NCBI GenBank assembly: GCA_964492615.1
Contig: CAZBKZ010000002.1
Location: forward strand, 1,323-65,322
DNA from: an uncultured Syntrophomonadaceae bacterium
GTDB taxonomy: Bacteria; Bacillota; Dethiobacteria; DTU022
Reading direction: 5' to 3'
DNA: 64,000 bases
Shown piece after piece: positions 39,801-48,108 of the stretch. Made by a program: the position numbers and the translations under genes. Under the pieces are notes generated by a model. It saw only the letters and a list, made by a program, of their open reading frames with translations. It made no database searches and was not told where the DNA came from. Within the stretch, counting starts at the first letter, position 1. Each line of letters begins with the position of its first letter.

Positions 39801-40950
39801 TGCCAGGAAGCCTTCGACTGCCTGGATGGGTTGGGATTCATACCGGCGGTTTATTCAAAGCTGGGGAATGTCCCATGGTGTTGATCGTGATTGTTTTGAT
39901 GAGGTTATGACCATGATCAAAGCTAAATACGGAGTTGACCGTAAGTCGAACTTCAGTGCGGTTCAGATGAAAGAGCTGGCCCTGGAATACAAGCAGGTGT
40001 TAAGTGGTCATGGAATCCCAGTAGTTAATGACCCCCGGGAACAATTGCGGCAGGCAATAGATAATGTATTTAACTCCTGGTCTTCCGGGCGGGCAGTTGC
40101 TTACCGCAAACATCTCCAGATTGCCGACCAGTGGGGCACCGCAGTTTTAGTGCAGAAAATGGTTATGGGCAATCGCTCGAAACATTCCGGTTCCGGGGTG
40201 GTCTTCACCCATAATCCCAAGTTGAAAAAACCGGGTATCAATCTTTACGGTGATTTCACCCTTTGCAGCCAGGGTGAAGATATCGTTGCCGGTTTGGTTT
40301 ATCCCCTTCCTGTTTCCGAGAGCCAGCGTAACAGTGATGAGAAAAATAAAGATATATCGCTGGAAAAGGCTTTCCCCGCTATCTTTAAACGTTTAAGATC
40401 GATAGCTGTAGAGTTGATAGAGAAACATAGTTTTAATAACCAGGAGATTGAATTTACCTTTGAATCTGAACACCCTGAAGATCTATATATTTTGCAGATC
40501 AGGGAACAGAACATCGTGCAGCCGGAAAAAATGGCAGTTTTTAGCGATTCTGGCGGTGATATGAAAATAATTGGTAAGGGAATAGGTGTGGGGGGTGGCT
40601 GCATGAGTGGAGTGGTTGCTTTTGACATGGCAGATCTGGATGACAATCTGAAAAAATGTCCAGGGGAAAAACAAATTCTGATCAGGCCTGACACTGTGCC
40701 CGACGATATTCAGATGATCTTTAAATGTGATGGATTAGTGACCAGCAGGGGAGGTGTAACGTCTCATGCTGCCGTGGCAGCAGAAAAGCTGGGAAAAGTA
40801 TGTATAGTCAGCTGTAAAGATCTGACCGTTGATGAGCGAAAAAAACAGGGTGAATTCAATGGTTTTGTGATCAGGCCGGGCGACGCAATATCGATTGATG
40901 GTAACTGGGGTGGTATTTATGCTGGTAGTTACCCCGTTGAATACATATAA
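36886..40950 (+). CDS. Large (1354 aa) PEP-utilising-enzyme-family protein. It carries the PPDK-type N-terminal ATP-grasp nucleotide-binding domain and the phospho-histidine swivel domain, but no PEP/pyruvate TIM-barrel. A novel ~830-aa helical N-terminal region precedes them.
   Basis: FLGAKAYYLKKLIKYGFPIPPGF, SVRSGTAISMPGAMSTFLNIGMND and FTHNP...YGDFTLCSQGEDIVAG match the PPDK N-terminal domain. GGVTSHAAVAAEKLGKVCIV is the phospho-His motif. The protein ends 90 aa later. Confidence 0.75.
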   Translation: MDSGFKSGALEVNLAKTRHKQTELPQEHQWFVSLSSSYWGINKRTEELFRELNHPHPNYSFIIENLHTICLTDLWLYNSLNQSEKALSFLLTLFSDLFGKDLHEREREQLIKTLFKFIDRLLNEGNYPEDIVRLSLSLVEKEVSGHEELFIRNAGYFKKYLARAAVIPGFEPTVCRMTKDILLKSCAYWAETTQTEEWFASKTALFSPVYDKKIGRIGKPFFKDLEENIKSSRTWEEITSNLFFNDIANHFRHFSEVFELSVEKTYYLVFILHLPGMSQLNKHLLYDLNRLLKSALQELDEKGIFHYVDLLFSLFGELKNRQTDIVLDCLFTLGKEIVEIDHYRLTSHYMQRLIEFGFIYPGALEVNDEWAIEANSNHVKNIRIWLDLIETSPYKFKKLLSALVVNLKLGGIFIADTDLFQRDVTRLLNADISPVYKQVKQLARFFPVYFNEIGAEGKLRDVSTYIDELTGRKDRLIHFVRKQIHSESNNTHIELVRKVAVFWFNGDKKMLKKIIPPDVFVSLELDTAYFRGVNNLMTAACRHFALKAEELLLLDEEQIDSFINQRTAATERDKKRFILLVQLYQLLLEKYSFESRDISGLLMKSRFFGEEEIEQLIGKINHKLYREALEQIFGFMKVLKDVILDKTTTEAVETIYYKRHIAAGIPSMYGQYKEPKFEALGLMYRLEQLASRQFEMILEEIKLEYISAKTLNSVYETLVLFKEGLELDGMVNQNFNSTLEMFRYSLTSTSVTLGQFMNIFRFMAQHIKELINEYFIRVYDETINVVIPQVYSADRETVARESEMFYRVILSSAFLVRELDQFIAGSLSMINNMLENYSEAHIHNMMSYNPDLAISSLNRDTEIMDNQVFLGAKAYYLKKLIKYGFPIPPGFVLTTEVYRHKETIFEHPYMNYELELMLDENLTELEKQTGLKFGSTEKPMLLSVRSGTAISMPGAMSTFLNIGMNDQVAEALARKPSTAWMGWDSYRRFIQSWGMSHGVDRDCFDEVMTMIKAKYGVDRKSNFSAVQMKELALEYKQVLSGHGIPVVNDPREQLRQAIDNVFNSWSSGRAVAYRKHLQIADQWGTAVLVQKMVMGNRSKHSGSGVVFTHNPKLKKPGINLYGDFTLCSQGEDIVAGLVYPLPVSESQRNSDEKNKDISLEKAFPAIFKRLRSIAVELIEKHSFNNQEIEFTFESEHPEDLYILQIREQNIVQPEKMAVFSDSGGDMKIIGKGIGVGGGCMSGVVAFDMADLDDNLKKCPGEKQILIRPDTVPDDIQMIFKCDGLVTSRGGVTSHAAVAAEKLGKVCIVSCKDLTVDERKKQGEFNGFVIRPGDAISIDGNWGGIYAGSYPVEYI

Positions 40951-40986
40951 TAATAATCATGATAATACCTGGGAGGTGGTTGCCTG

Positions 40987-42240
40987 ATGAACGAAGTTAT
41001 GCAGAACAGAAAAAAACTAGGTATAAACGGCATTGGTCGGATTGGCAAATTAACCCTTTGGCAGCATTTAAGCAGCGGTCATTTTAATGCTTTTATCATT
41101 AACACGGGCCGTAATGTGGGCACAAAACTGGAGGATATTATTGATTACCTGCTCAAGGATTCCACCTACGGTTCACTGGATCGTTTTCTTTACGGGTATA
41201 GTGGTAGATGCGTGGAAGTGGAAATTGTCGACCGGAGCCAATCTCTATTTTCAATCGATGGGATTCCGGTTAAAATTTTAACCAGTGAGCGCAATCCCCG
41301 TGATATAAACTGGGCCAGAGAAGGGGTCCAACTGGTTGTCGAGTCGACCGGCACATTTATTGATCCGGTTGCTCCTGCCGACAAACCTGGCGGCAGCGCG
41401 AGAGGCCACCTTGAAGCAGGCGCTGAAAAAGTAATTGTAAGCGCACCTTTTAAAATTGCCGATAGTGCTCAAAAAATGCCGCCTGACAGTGCCATGTTTG
41501 TTTACGGGATTAACCACGATAAATATGATCCCTGCGAGCATCATATCCTTTCAGCTGCAAGCTGTACTACTACCGGGTTGGCCCACATGATTAAACCTTT
41601 ACTTGAAACAAGGGAAACTAAAGATATAGTTACGGCATCCATGTCAACCGTGCATGCGGCCACTAACAACCAGAACATCCTCGATAATGTGCCTAAAAAT
41701 GGCACAGATGATCTGAGGAAAAGCCGTTCAGTATTTAATAATATTATTTTGACTACCACAGGTGCAGCGAGAGCTCTTGAAGAAATACTGCCTGGCATTA
41801 AAAGTATCGGCTTTATGGCTGACTCGGTGCGTATTCCAACCAGCACTTCCTCCCTGATAATGCTTAATATCACCTTTAAAACCAGGCTCAATGAAACCGG
41901 TGAACCCCAGGTAAACCGCGACCTGATTAATGATATATATAGAAAAGCAGCCGCTGGAGCCCAGAAGAATATGGTTGTTTACAGTGACAAGCAAAATGTT
42001 TCCTCCGACCTGGCCGGTTACCCGGCGGCAGTTATTGTTGAAGGAGTTGAAACTCACACACGAACCGGGTTTATATCCCTGGACTCTGCCACCTTGAACG
42101 AATGCGGGGTTCAGGCTTCCTGCGATATCAATATACCGGTAACACATGCTAAAATTTTCGGATGGTATGATAATGAGCTGGGTAGTTATGTAAACTTTTT
42201 GAGTCGGCTTACAATATACGTTGAAAAGAACATGCCCTGA
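40987..42240 (+). CDS. Divergent glyceraldehyde-3-phosphate dehydrogenase-family protein (417 aa).
   Basis: INGIGRIG (NAD fold), catalytic SAASCTTTGLAH, STVHAAT, and WYDNELGSY. It has insertions relative to canonical GapA. Confidence 0.7.
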   Translation: MNEVMQNRKKLGINGIGRIGKLTLWQHLSSGHFNAFIINTGRNVGTKLEDIIDYLLKDSTYGSLDRFLYGYSGRCVEVEIVDRSQSLFSIDGIPVKILTSERNPRDINWAREGVQLVVESTGTFIDPVAPADKPGGSARGHLEAGAEKVIVSAPFKIADSAQKMPPDSAMFVYGINHDKYDPCEHHILSAASCTTTGLAHMIKPLLETRETKDIVTASMSTVHAATNNQNILDNVPKNGTDDLRKSRSVFNNIILTTTGAARALEEILPGIKSIGFMADSVRIPTSTSSLIMLNITFKTRLNETGEPQVNRDLINDIYRKAAAGAQKNMVVYSDKQNVSSDLAGYPAAVIVEGVETHTRTGFISLDSATLNECGVQASCDINIPVTHAKIFGWYDNELGSYVNFLSRLTIYVEKNMP

Positions 42241-42266
42241 TTATTTCAGCTGAAAGGAAATTATTA

Positions 42267-43403
42267 ATGCCGGGAAAAAGTGTACCTATTGTTTCAGTAA
42301 CTGCCTGCAGCAGGTATGATTATAAAGATCTGAAAAAAGCCTTAAATTTTTTATTTGAACCTGCCGGAGGAATAAACAACTTAGTTTCAGCAGGGCAAAA
42401 AGTACTGTTAAAGCCTAACTTGCTGGCCGCAGCTCACCCTTCTGAAGCAGTAACCACCCATCCCATGGTGATCAAAGTTATGGCAGATTTGATCAGGGAA
42501 GCCGGGGGGCAGGTTTACATTGGCGACGGTCCGGGCAGCGATGAGCAGGAATATGCCCACAGGGTGGCCGGTTATGAAAAAATCTGTGAAGAAACCGGTG
42601 CGAAATTGCTTATTTTCCGGGAGATTATAGAAAGTGTGGCTCCTAATACTCCCAGTTTAATTTTGCCCCTGGCTGCCGAACTGGAACAAGTTGACCTGGT
42701 AATTAACGCAGCCAAGTTTAAGACACATCCCCTGACCGGAATGACCGCAGCAGTAAAAAATATGTATGGTGTCGTAGCAGGTAAAAATAAAAAACGGTTT
42801 CACCTTGAACATCCTCTGCCGCTTGATTTTTCCAGGGTTTTAATTGAAGTATGCCTTGCTGCAAAACCGGCTTTTTCAATTATTGATGCAGTTGTGGCTA
42901 TGGAAGGTCTCGGCCCGCGTCGCGGTAAACCGAGGCAGGTCGGTTTGCTGCTCGGATCGGTTAATCCGTTTGCTCTTGACCATGTAATGGCTGAAATTGC
43001 CGGTTTCAGAACAGAACAGGTTACTACTTTAATGGTCGCAGAGCAGATGAATATACCCGGATCGAAATCGGAAGAAATAACAGTACACGGTTTAAATACT
43101 GATCAATGCTTTCTGAAAAATTTTGATCGGGGAGCACTGACAGAAGGCCGTGTAAATCGCTTGCTGACAAATTTACCCCTGGCCTGGTTAAGAAACATGT
43201 TGTATGCGCGCAGGCCTTATCCATACATTGACCAGGAATTTTGCACTTCTTGTGGTGAATGCCTGGAAAACTGTCCGCTCCAGATCATAACAGCGGAAGG
43301 GAAAATTCCGGAAATAGATCATTATGAATGTATTCGCTGTTACTGCTGCCAGGAGGTTTGTGCCAGCGGGGCTATTAAACTGAGCAGGAACATCATCACC
43401 TGA
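42267..43403 (+). CDS. DUF362-domain protein with a C-terminal 2x[4Fe-4S] ferredoxin.
   Basis: DUF362-like N-terminus (VLLKPNLL...GDGPG). CTSCGECLENCP and CIRCYCCQEVC. Confidence 0.7.
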   Translation: MPGKSVPIVSVTACSRYDYKDLKKALNFLFEPAGGINNLVSAGQKVLLKPNLLAAAHPSEAVTTHPMVIKVMADLIREAGGQVYIGDGPGSDEQEYAHRVAGYEKICEETGAKLLIFREIIESVAPNTPSLILPLAAELEQVDLVINAAKFKTHPLTGMTAAVKNMYGVVAGKNKKRFHLEHPLPLDFSRVLIEVCLAAKPAFSIIDAVVAMEGLGPRRGKPRQVGLLLGSVNPFALDHVMAEIAGFRTEQVTTLMVAEQMNIPGSKSEEITVHGLNTDQCFLKNFDRGALTEGRVNRLLTNLPLAWLRNMLYARRPYPYIDQEFCTSCGECLENCPLQIITAEGKIPEIDHYECIRCYCCQEVCASGAIKLSRNIIT

Positions 43404-43435
43404 TTCAAATTATGTTCAGAAAATATCAACGTTTA

Positions 43436-43966
43436 TCACTCGTTTTCATTTTCATGCTGTAGCTGAATCTGGTTCATCTGATCCCAGAGATCAGGAGGAA
43501 CCAGAATTTTTGCATTTTCTTCAGCTCTGGCAGCAGAAGCCTGCAGATGATCGGCCAAGTCAGAAAAAGCCGGTGTGCTGTATTTTTGTCCCCCGGCGGT
43601 TACTGAAAGAGTCACCAGTGAACCACCATCTACAGAATCGCCGCCGGGCCAATCGTTACTGAGGAGGCCGTTATCAAGCAGTAATAGATAAAGGTTATCT
43701 AAATCTCCCGGGCTGACAGGGAAAGACTCAACCATTGATTTTTCCCCATCTCCTGTTTTATAAGAGATTCGTCCCTCATTCCCAGGTCCAATGGTTATTA
43801 CATATGAGTATTGCATCCAGGGGTCGGGCATTATCCCAGTGGCCCAGTTAAGCTGCAGTAAAAAGTCACCCGGTCTTTCCGCGGGAGGCTGTGCGGGTGC
43901 ATCACCAGGCATCCTGCCGCATCCGCTGAGGAAAAAAAACAACAAAAAGAGGGTTACTATTCTCAT
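43436..43966 (-). CDS. Hypothetical lipoprotein.
   Basis: Signal peptide plus lipobox LSGC. AAGGAG RBS. Confidence 0.6.
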   Translation of the reverse strand: MRIVTLFLLFFFLSGCGRMPGDAPAQPPAERPGDFLLQLNWATGIMPDPWMQYSYVITIGPGNEGRISYKTGDGEKSMVESFPVSPGDLDNLYLLLLDNGLLSNDWPGGDSVDGGSLVTLSVTAGGQKYSTPAFSDLADHLQASAARAEENAKILVPPDLWDQMNQIQLQHENENE

Positions 43967-43969
43967 TTT

Positions 43970-44464
43970 TTACTCCTTGTAATCCAGCTTGAATATAATT
44001 TTATCGTCATAAATCTCTTTCAGTATAATTGTAAGGCTGCTGCCCTGGTCATTGAAATAGTAAAAAACCTGTTCCTGCCCTCTTGTAACTGACATCCTGT
44101 CCGGATCAAATGTCCAGTCAAATGAAGTGCCGCTTTCCCTGCGGGCATTCATGTAAAAATTATTTGCCCTTGAAATTTGTAAATTGCCAAATCCTGCAGC
44201 AGTCATGCCGGTTTCGCATCTTTCATACCTGGTAACCCTAAACTCGTTCATCACTGCAGGAACTTCCCGCGGCCAGTCAGCAGGCGTACTGAAAAAATCG
44301 AACAGCACCTCTTCTTCAGCAATAACAAGCCATTCATTATCATCCAGGTTATCATCGTAAATATCAGTATCTTCCGGAGGGATTGTTTGCCCCGAGCAGG
44401 CGTAGAGAGACATAATACCTACGATTAAAACAATAGGCATAATTGTTTTTCGCTTACCAAACAT
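43970..44464 (-). CDS. Hypothetical lipoprotein.
   Basis: Lipobox YACS. GGGGGAGG RBS. Confidence 0.6.
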   Translation of the reverse strand: MFGKRKTIMPIVLIVGIMSLYACSGQTIPPEDTDIYDDNLDDNEWLVIAEEEVLFDFFSTPADWPREVPAVMNEFRVTRYERCETGMTAAGFGNLQISRANNFYMNARRESGTSFDWTFDPDRMSVTRGQEQVFYYFNDQGSSLTIILKEIYDDKIIFKLDYKE

Positions 44465-44699
44465 CAGGGTGCCTCCCCCATATAGCTTTTATTATAACTA
44501 TTATAACCATATTATCTGATAATCACTATATTATTGTTTCTTTTCTCTCAACCTTATTTTATAACTATCTGCTCTGCTGACGGTCAATCAACTATCTGAT
44601 ATGTTGAAAGATATGGCGAGCATTGGAGATTAGGAAAATATATGTTATATTTGTAACATGCCTAATCACAGCATATGATAACAGTCGGAGGTGTTTTTC

Positions 44700-46295
44700 T
44701 TGAAAGTACTGGTTAGCGATCCTCTATCCAAGGAAGGGATTCAAATACTGGAGGAACATGTGGAAGTGGATGTCAAACCTGACATATCACCCGCTGATCT
44801 TGTTTCTGTAATAGGAGAATATGACGGGTTGGTTGTTCGCAGTCGCTCTAAAGTTACGGCGGAGGTAATCGAAGCCGCAGGCAACTTAAAAGTAATCGGA
44901 CGCGCCGGGGTTGGCGTTGACAATATTGATGTGGATAAAGCCACTGAAAAAGGGATTATTGTCTTGAATGCTCCGCACGGCAACACCATCTCAACAGCAG
45001 AACACGCTATTGCAATGCTGACATCACTGGCCCGCAATATTGCCGGGGCGAGCTGTTCAGTTAAGAAAGGTGAATGGAATCGTTCCTCGTTTACCGGGGT
45101 AGAGCTAAACAAAAAAACTCTAGGTATAATTGGGTTGGGACGTATCGGCAGTGAAGTTGCCCGACGAACCAGGGCTATGGGCATGAAAATTATTGCTTAT
45201 GATCCTTACGTGACAGCCGAACAGTCTGAAAAACTGGGAGTGGAGAAGGTGTCATTTGAGGAGCTTATCGGAAATGCAGATTTTATTACACTGCATTTGC
45301 CGATGAGTTCAAATACCCGCCACCTTATCGGAGAAAAAGAATTCAACATGATGAAAACGGGAGTCAGGATCATTAACTGTGCCCGCGGGGGACTGGTTGA
45401 TGAAAATGCTCTCTGCCGGGCAATCAAGGAGGGTAAAGTCGCCGGTGCTGCCCTCGACGTTTTTGAAAAAGAGCCTCCTGCGGGTTGTGAGTTTTTAGAT
45501 TTTGACAATGTAATCGTAACCCCCCACCTTGGAGCACTGACCAGGGAAGCCCAGACCAATGTTGCGCTCCAGGTTGCCGAACAGGTAGTTAAAGCCCTTC
45601 AGGGAGAGCCAATTGTTTCTGCAGTAAATGTGCCGGCCTTGATGCCTGAAGCTAAAGCTGCCCTGGAACCTTACCTGCCTTTGATGAAGGTTATGGGAAG
45701 CTATTACCTGCAAATGTTTGGCGGCCAGGTTGATGAAATTGAGCTGATTTACAGTGGCGAGGCATCAACTTTGCATCTTGCTCCACTGACAATATCCTGC
45801 CTGATCGGGTTTCTCAGGCATATCGTCGGTGATGGAGTAAACTGGGTAAATGCTCATTACATAGCTAAAGCCAGAGGAATCGATGTCAGAGAAGTATCGA
45901 CCACAGAGGTTAAAAATTACAGCACCCTGATTAAGATGATAGGGCGTTCGGGCCAGGAAGAACACCTGATCTCTGGCACCCTGCTTAATAATGAAATGCG
46001 TCTGGTCAGGATTGATGATTTCAGGATTGAAATAGTTCCATCCAAGTATACCCTGATGACTACTCACCATGATCGCCCCGGGGTAGTAGGGAAGCTGGGA
46101 ACCCTTCTGGGTGGTAAAGAAGTTAATATTGCTTCGATGCAGCTCGGCCGTAAGGCGGCTGGCGGAGAAGCGATGATGGCTCTACAGGTTGATAATGATA
46201 TAAATGAAGAAACTATGGAAAAGATAAGAGATCTGGATCTTTTCGATACGGCACAGTTTGTGGTAATCGAGAATAGTATCCCCGGAGTGAAATAA
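44700..46295 (+). CDS. serA: D-3-phosphoglycerate dehydrogenase with a C-terminal ACT domain.
   Basis: MKVLVSDP start (TTG 44700, GGAGG RBS at 8 nt). 2-hydroxyacid dehydrogenase motifs GLGRIG. Confidence 0.85.
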   Translation: MKVLVSDPLSKEGIQILEEHVEVDVKPDISPADLVSVIGEYDGLVVRSRSKVTAEVIEAAGNLKVIGRAGVGVDNIDVDKATEKGIIVLNAPHGNTISTAEHAIAMLTSLARNIAGASCSVKKGEWNRSSFTGVELNKKTLGIIGLGRIGSEVARRTRAMGMKIIAYDPYVTAEQSEKLGVEKVSFEELIGNADFITLHLPMSSNTRHLIGEKEFNMMKTGVRIINCARGGLVDENALCRAIKEGKVAGAALDVFEKEPPAGCEFLDFDNVIVTPHLGALTREAQTNVALQVAEQVVKALQGEPIVSAVNVPALMPEAKAALEPYLPLMKVMGSYYLQMFGGQVDEIELIYSGEASTLHLAPLTISCLIGFLRHIVGDGVNWVNAHYIAKARGIDVREVSTTEVKNYSTLIKMIGRSGQEEHLISGTLLNNEMRLVRIDDFRIEIVPSKYTLMTTHHDRPGVVGKLGTLLGGKEVNIASMQLGRKAAGGEAMMALQVDNDINEETMEKIRDLDLFDTAQFVVIENSIPGVK

Positions 46296-46316
46296 AATTT
46301 TAAAGGAGAGGTTAAC

Positions 46317-46565
46317 ATGGTAAAAGTTTATGCTTTAAGTACCTGTCCCTGGTGCAAGAAGGTGAAGAAATTTCTTGATGATAAAGATGTTAAGTATGAC
46401 TTTATTGATGTAGATCTTGCCCAGGGGGATGAGCAGCGAAAAGCACTTGAGGAAGTAGAAAAACTAACCGGTTCCAGGTCTTTTCCGGTTACTGTAATTG
46501 ATGATCAGGTAATCAGGGGTTATAAAGAGGATGAAATGATAGAGGCGTTGAAGAATGAAAAATAA
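46317..46565 (+). CDS. Glutaredoxin-like small redox protein (CPWC active site).
   Basis: STCPWCKKVKKFL in a thioredoxin fold. 82 aa. Confidence 0.75.
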   Translation: MVKVYALSTCPWCKKVKKFLDDKDVKYDFIDVDLAQGDEQRKALEEVEKLTGSRSFPVTVIDDQVIRGYKEDEMIEALKNEK

Positions 46566-46929
46566 AATTTTCTGTGAGGTTTGCAGAGTCTCCTTTCTTC
46601 ACCGGGACAAGGTAGAAAAAGGACAGATTGTGATCTGTACTGTTTGCGGTGCTGAACTGGAAATAACCGAAACCGAACCGGAAATTAAAGCAGCCCGACC
46701 AAATTGGGAACCTGAGAAAGAAATTCGGGCCAGAGTAGAAAACTATGCCCATCTGCGCGATTATACTTTTAACGAAGATAAAGAAATGATTATTGAAGGG
46801 TTGATTGGCAAAAACAAGCTTTATGGCAATTTTTATTGTCCCTGCCGGTTCGAGAATATTCCGGAAAATATCTGCCCCTGCCTTGAAACCCGTATGAACG
46901 AAGTAAAGAAAATCGGCCACTGTTACTGA
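46555..46929 (+). CDS. Ferredoxin:thioredoxin-reductase catalytic-subunit-like protein with an N-terminal rubredoxin/zinc-ribbon domain.
   Basis: N-terminal CEVC...CTVC. C-terminal YCPCRF...CPCLE...GHCY, the FTR CPC/CHC-type pattern. It overlaps the upstream glutaredoxin-like gene. Confidence 0.65.
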   Translation: MKNKIFCEVCRVSFLHRDKVEKGQIVICTVCGAELEITETEPEIKAARPNWEPEKEIRARVENYAHLRDYTFNEDKEMIIEGLIGKNKLYGNFYCPCRFENIPENICPCLETRMNEVKKIGHCY

Positions 46930-46945
46930 AACCTTTTTCATCTCA

Positions 46946-46964
46946 AGGGGTGAGGATCACCCCT
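46946..46964 (+). promoter_or_regulatory. Hairpin AGGGGTGA-GGA-TCACCCCT. It may be an attenuator or weak terminator.
   Basis: Perfect 8-bp stem. Only a TT tail follows. Confidence 0.35.
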
Positions 46965-46998
46965 TTCAGCGGGAACCAAGAAGCGAGGTAATCATAAC

Positions 46999-47940
46999 AT
47001 GAAATTGGATTTTGTTCGCGGGCATATGGGTGGTAATTTAATTATTCTTTTACGCGGTGATCAGGTTCCGCTTGGTTATGAACTTGAAACAGCGGTTAAA
47101 CTGATGGGTCCTAATTACCTGTATGCGCATGAAGCGGGTATACTTTATCCTGCCGGACAGCCGGGCCAGATAGAAGTGAAAATTGCAGAACCGACAGTTC
47201 CCTGTTTTATCAGTGCCTGTGGAGGTTTTACCCAGGTGTTGGGAGCTGCTCTTGTTGAGACCCCACTTGGAGATTTATTTGGTCTTGACCGGGAGACATC
47301 ACCGGTCGAAGTCCTTTTACATACTGATTGTGGGCCGACCGTTATCAGCATCGAGAGAAACAGTGGTAAAGCAAAAAGAATTAAAACAGGCATGAAGTGC
47401 TTTGTGGAAGAGTGCTACGAACGCGGTGTGGAAAAAATGGTTATCAGCAACCTGGAGTTGCTCCGGGCCGGTAAGTTCCTGATTATTAATGCAGACCTTT
47501 TTCGTCAATTTTTACCTGAAGCAGATTTTAATGGTTGGAACGCTAAAACCCGCCGGGCGATGGTAGAAATACAGGATCAGTTTATGAAAACTACCGGAGA
47601 GGTTGAACCGAACGTAGCTGTCTATGACTGGCACCCTGAACACAGGGGGAATTTGAGAGTTGTCTTCCCCCATTATGTCCGGGACGATTATTTTGAACCC
47701 TCTTGCGGAACCGGTTCAGTAGCTCTTGGTCTGGCTCTTTTGGCAGCGGGTGAGCTTGAAACTGCTAAAATGCCGGATAATGACTGGTATGTTCTGGAGA
47801 TTGAGTCGGGTGGCGGGAACGAACTTGGCGGTCCCGAACTAACCAGGTTGGAAATGAAGATAAGCGGCAGCAAAGTAAAATCTGCTGTTTTTTCGCATAG
47901 CAGGGTAGAAATAACATCAATTGGAGAAGCCAGATTATAA
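46999..47940 (+). CDS. Proline racemase / hydroxyproline epimerase-family protein (tentative).
   Basis: FEPSCGTGSVALG resembles the second catalytic Cys motif (DRSPCGTGTSA). The first is SACGGF. Confidence 0.45.
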   Translation: MKLDFVRGHMGGNLIILLRGDQVPLGYELETAVKLMGPNYLYAHEAGILYPAGQPGQIEVKIAEPTVPCFISACGGFTQVLGAALVETPLGDLFGLDRETSPVEVLLHTDCGPTVISIERNSGKAKRIKTGMKCFVEECYERGVEKMVISNLELLRAGKFLIINADLFRQFLPEADFNGWNAKTRRAMVEIQDQFMKTTGEVEPNVAVYDWHPEHRGNLRVVFPHYVRDDYFEPSCGTGSVALGLALLAAGELETAKMPDNDWYVLEIESGGGNELGGPELTRLEMKISGSKVKSAVFSHSRVEITSIGEARL

Positions 47941-47978
47941 TCTGCTGTATTTTAAAAATATTAACAAACCACGACTGA

Positions 47979-48002
47979 AGCCCGGCTCCCGGCCGGGCTT
48001 TT
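47979..48002 (+). terminator. Rho-independent terminator.
   Basis: AGCCCGGC-TCCCG-GCCGGGCT followed by TTT. Confidence 0.75.
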
Positions 48003-48108
48003 ACTGTCCGCTTGCAGGGAGAAAAAATTTTAATAAAATTAAAATCGATCAGACTTTTTTACAGATTCGGTGTATTAATATATGGATGGCTAAACAGGTG
48101 GTGCTAAG

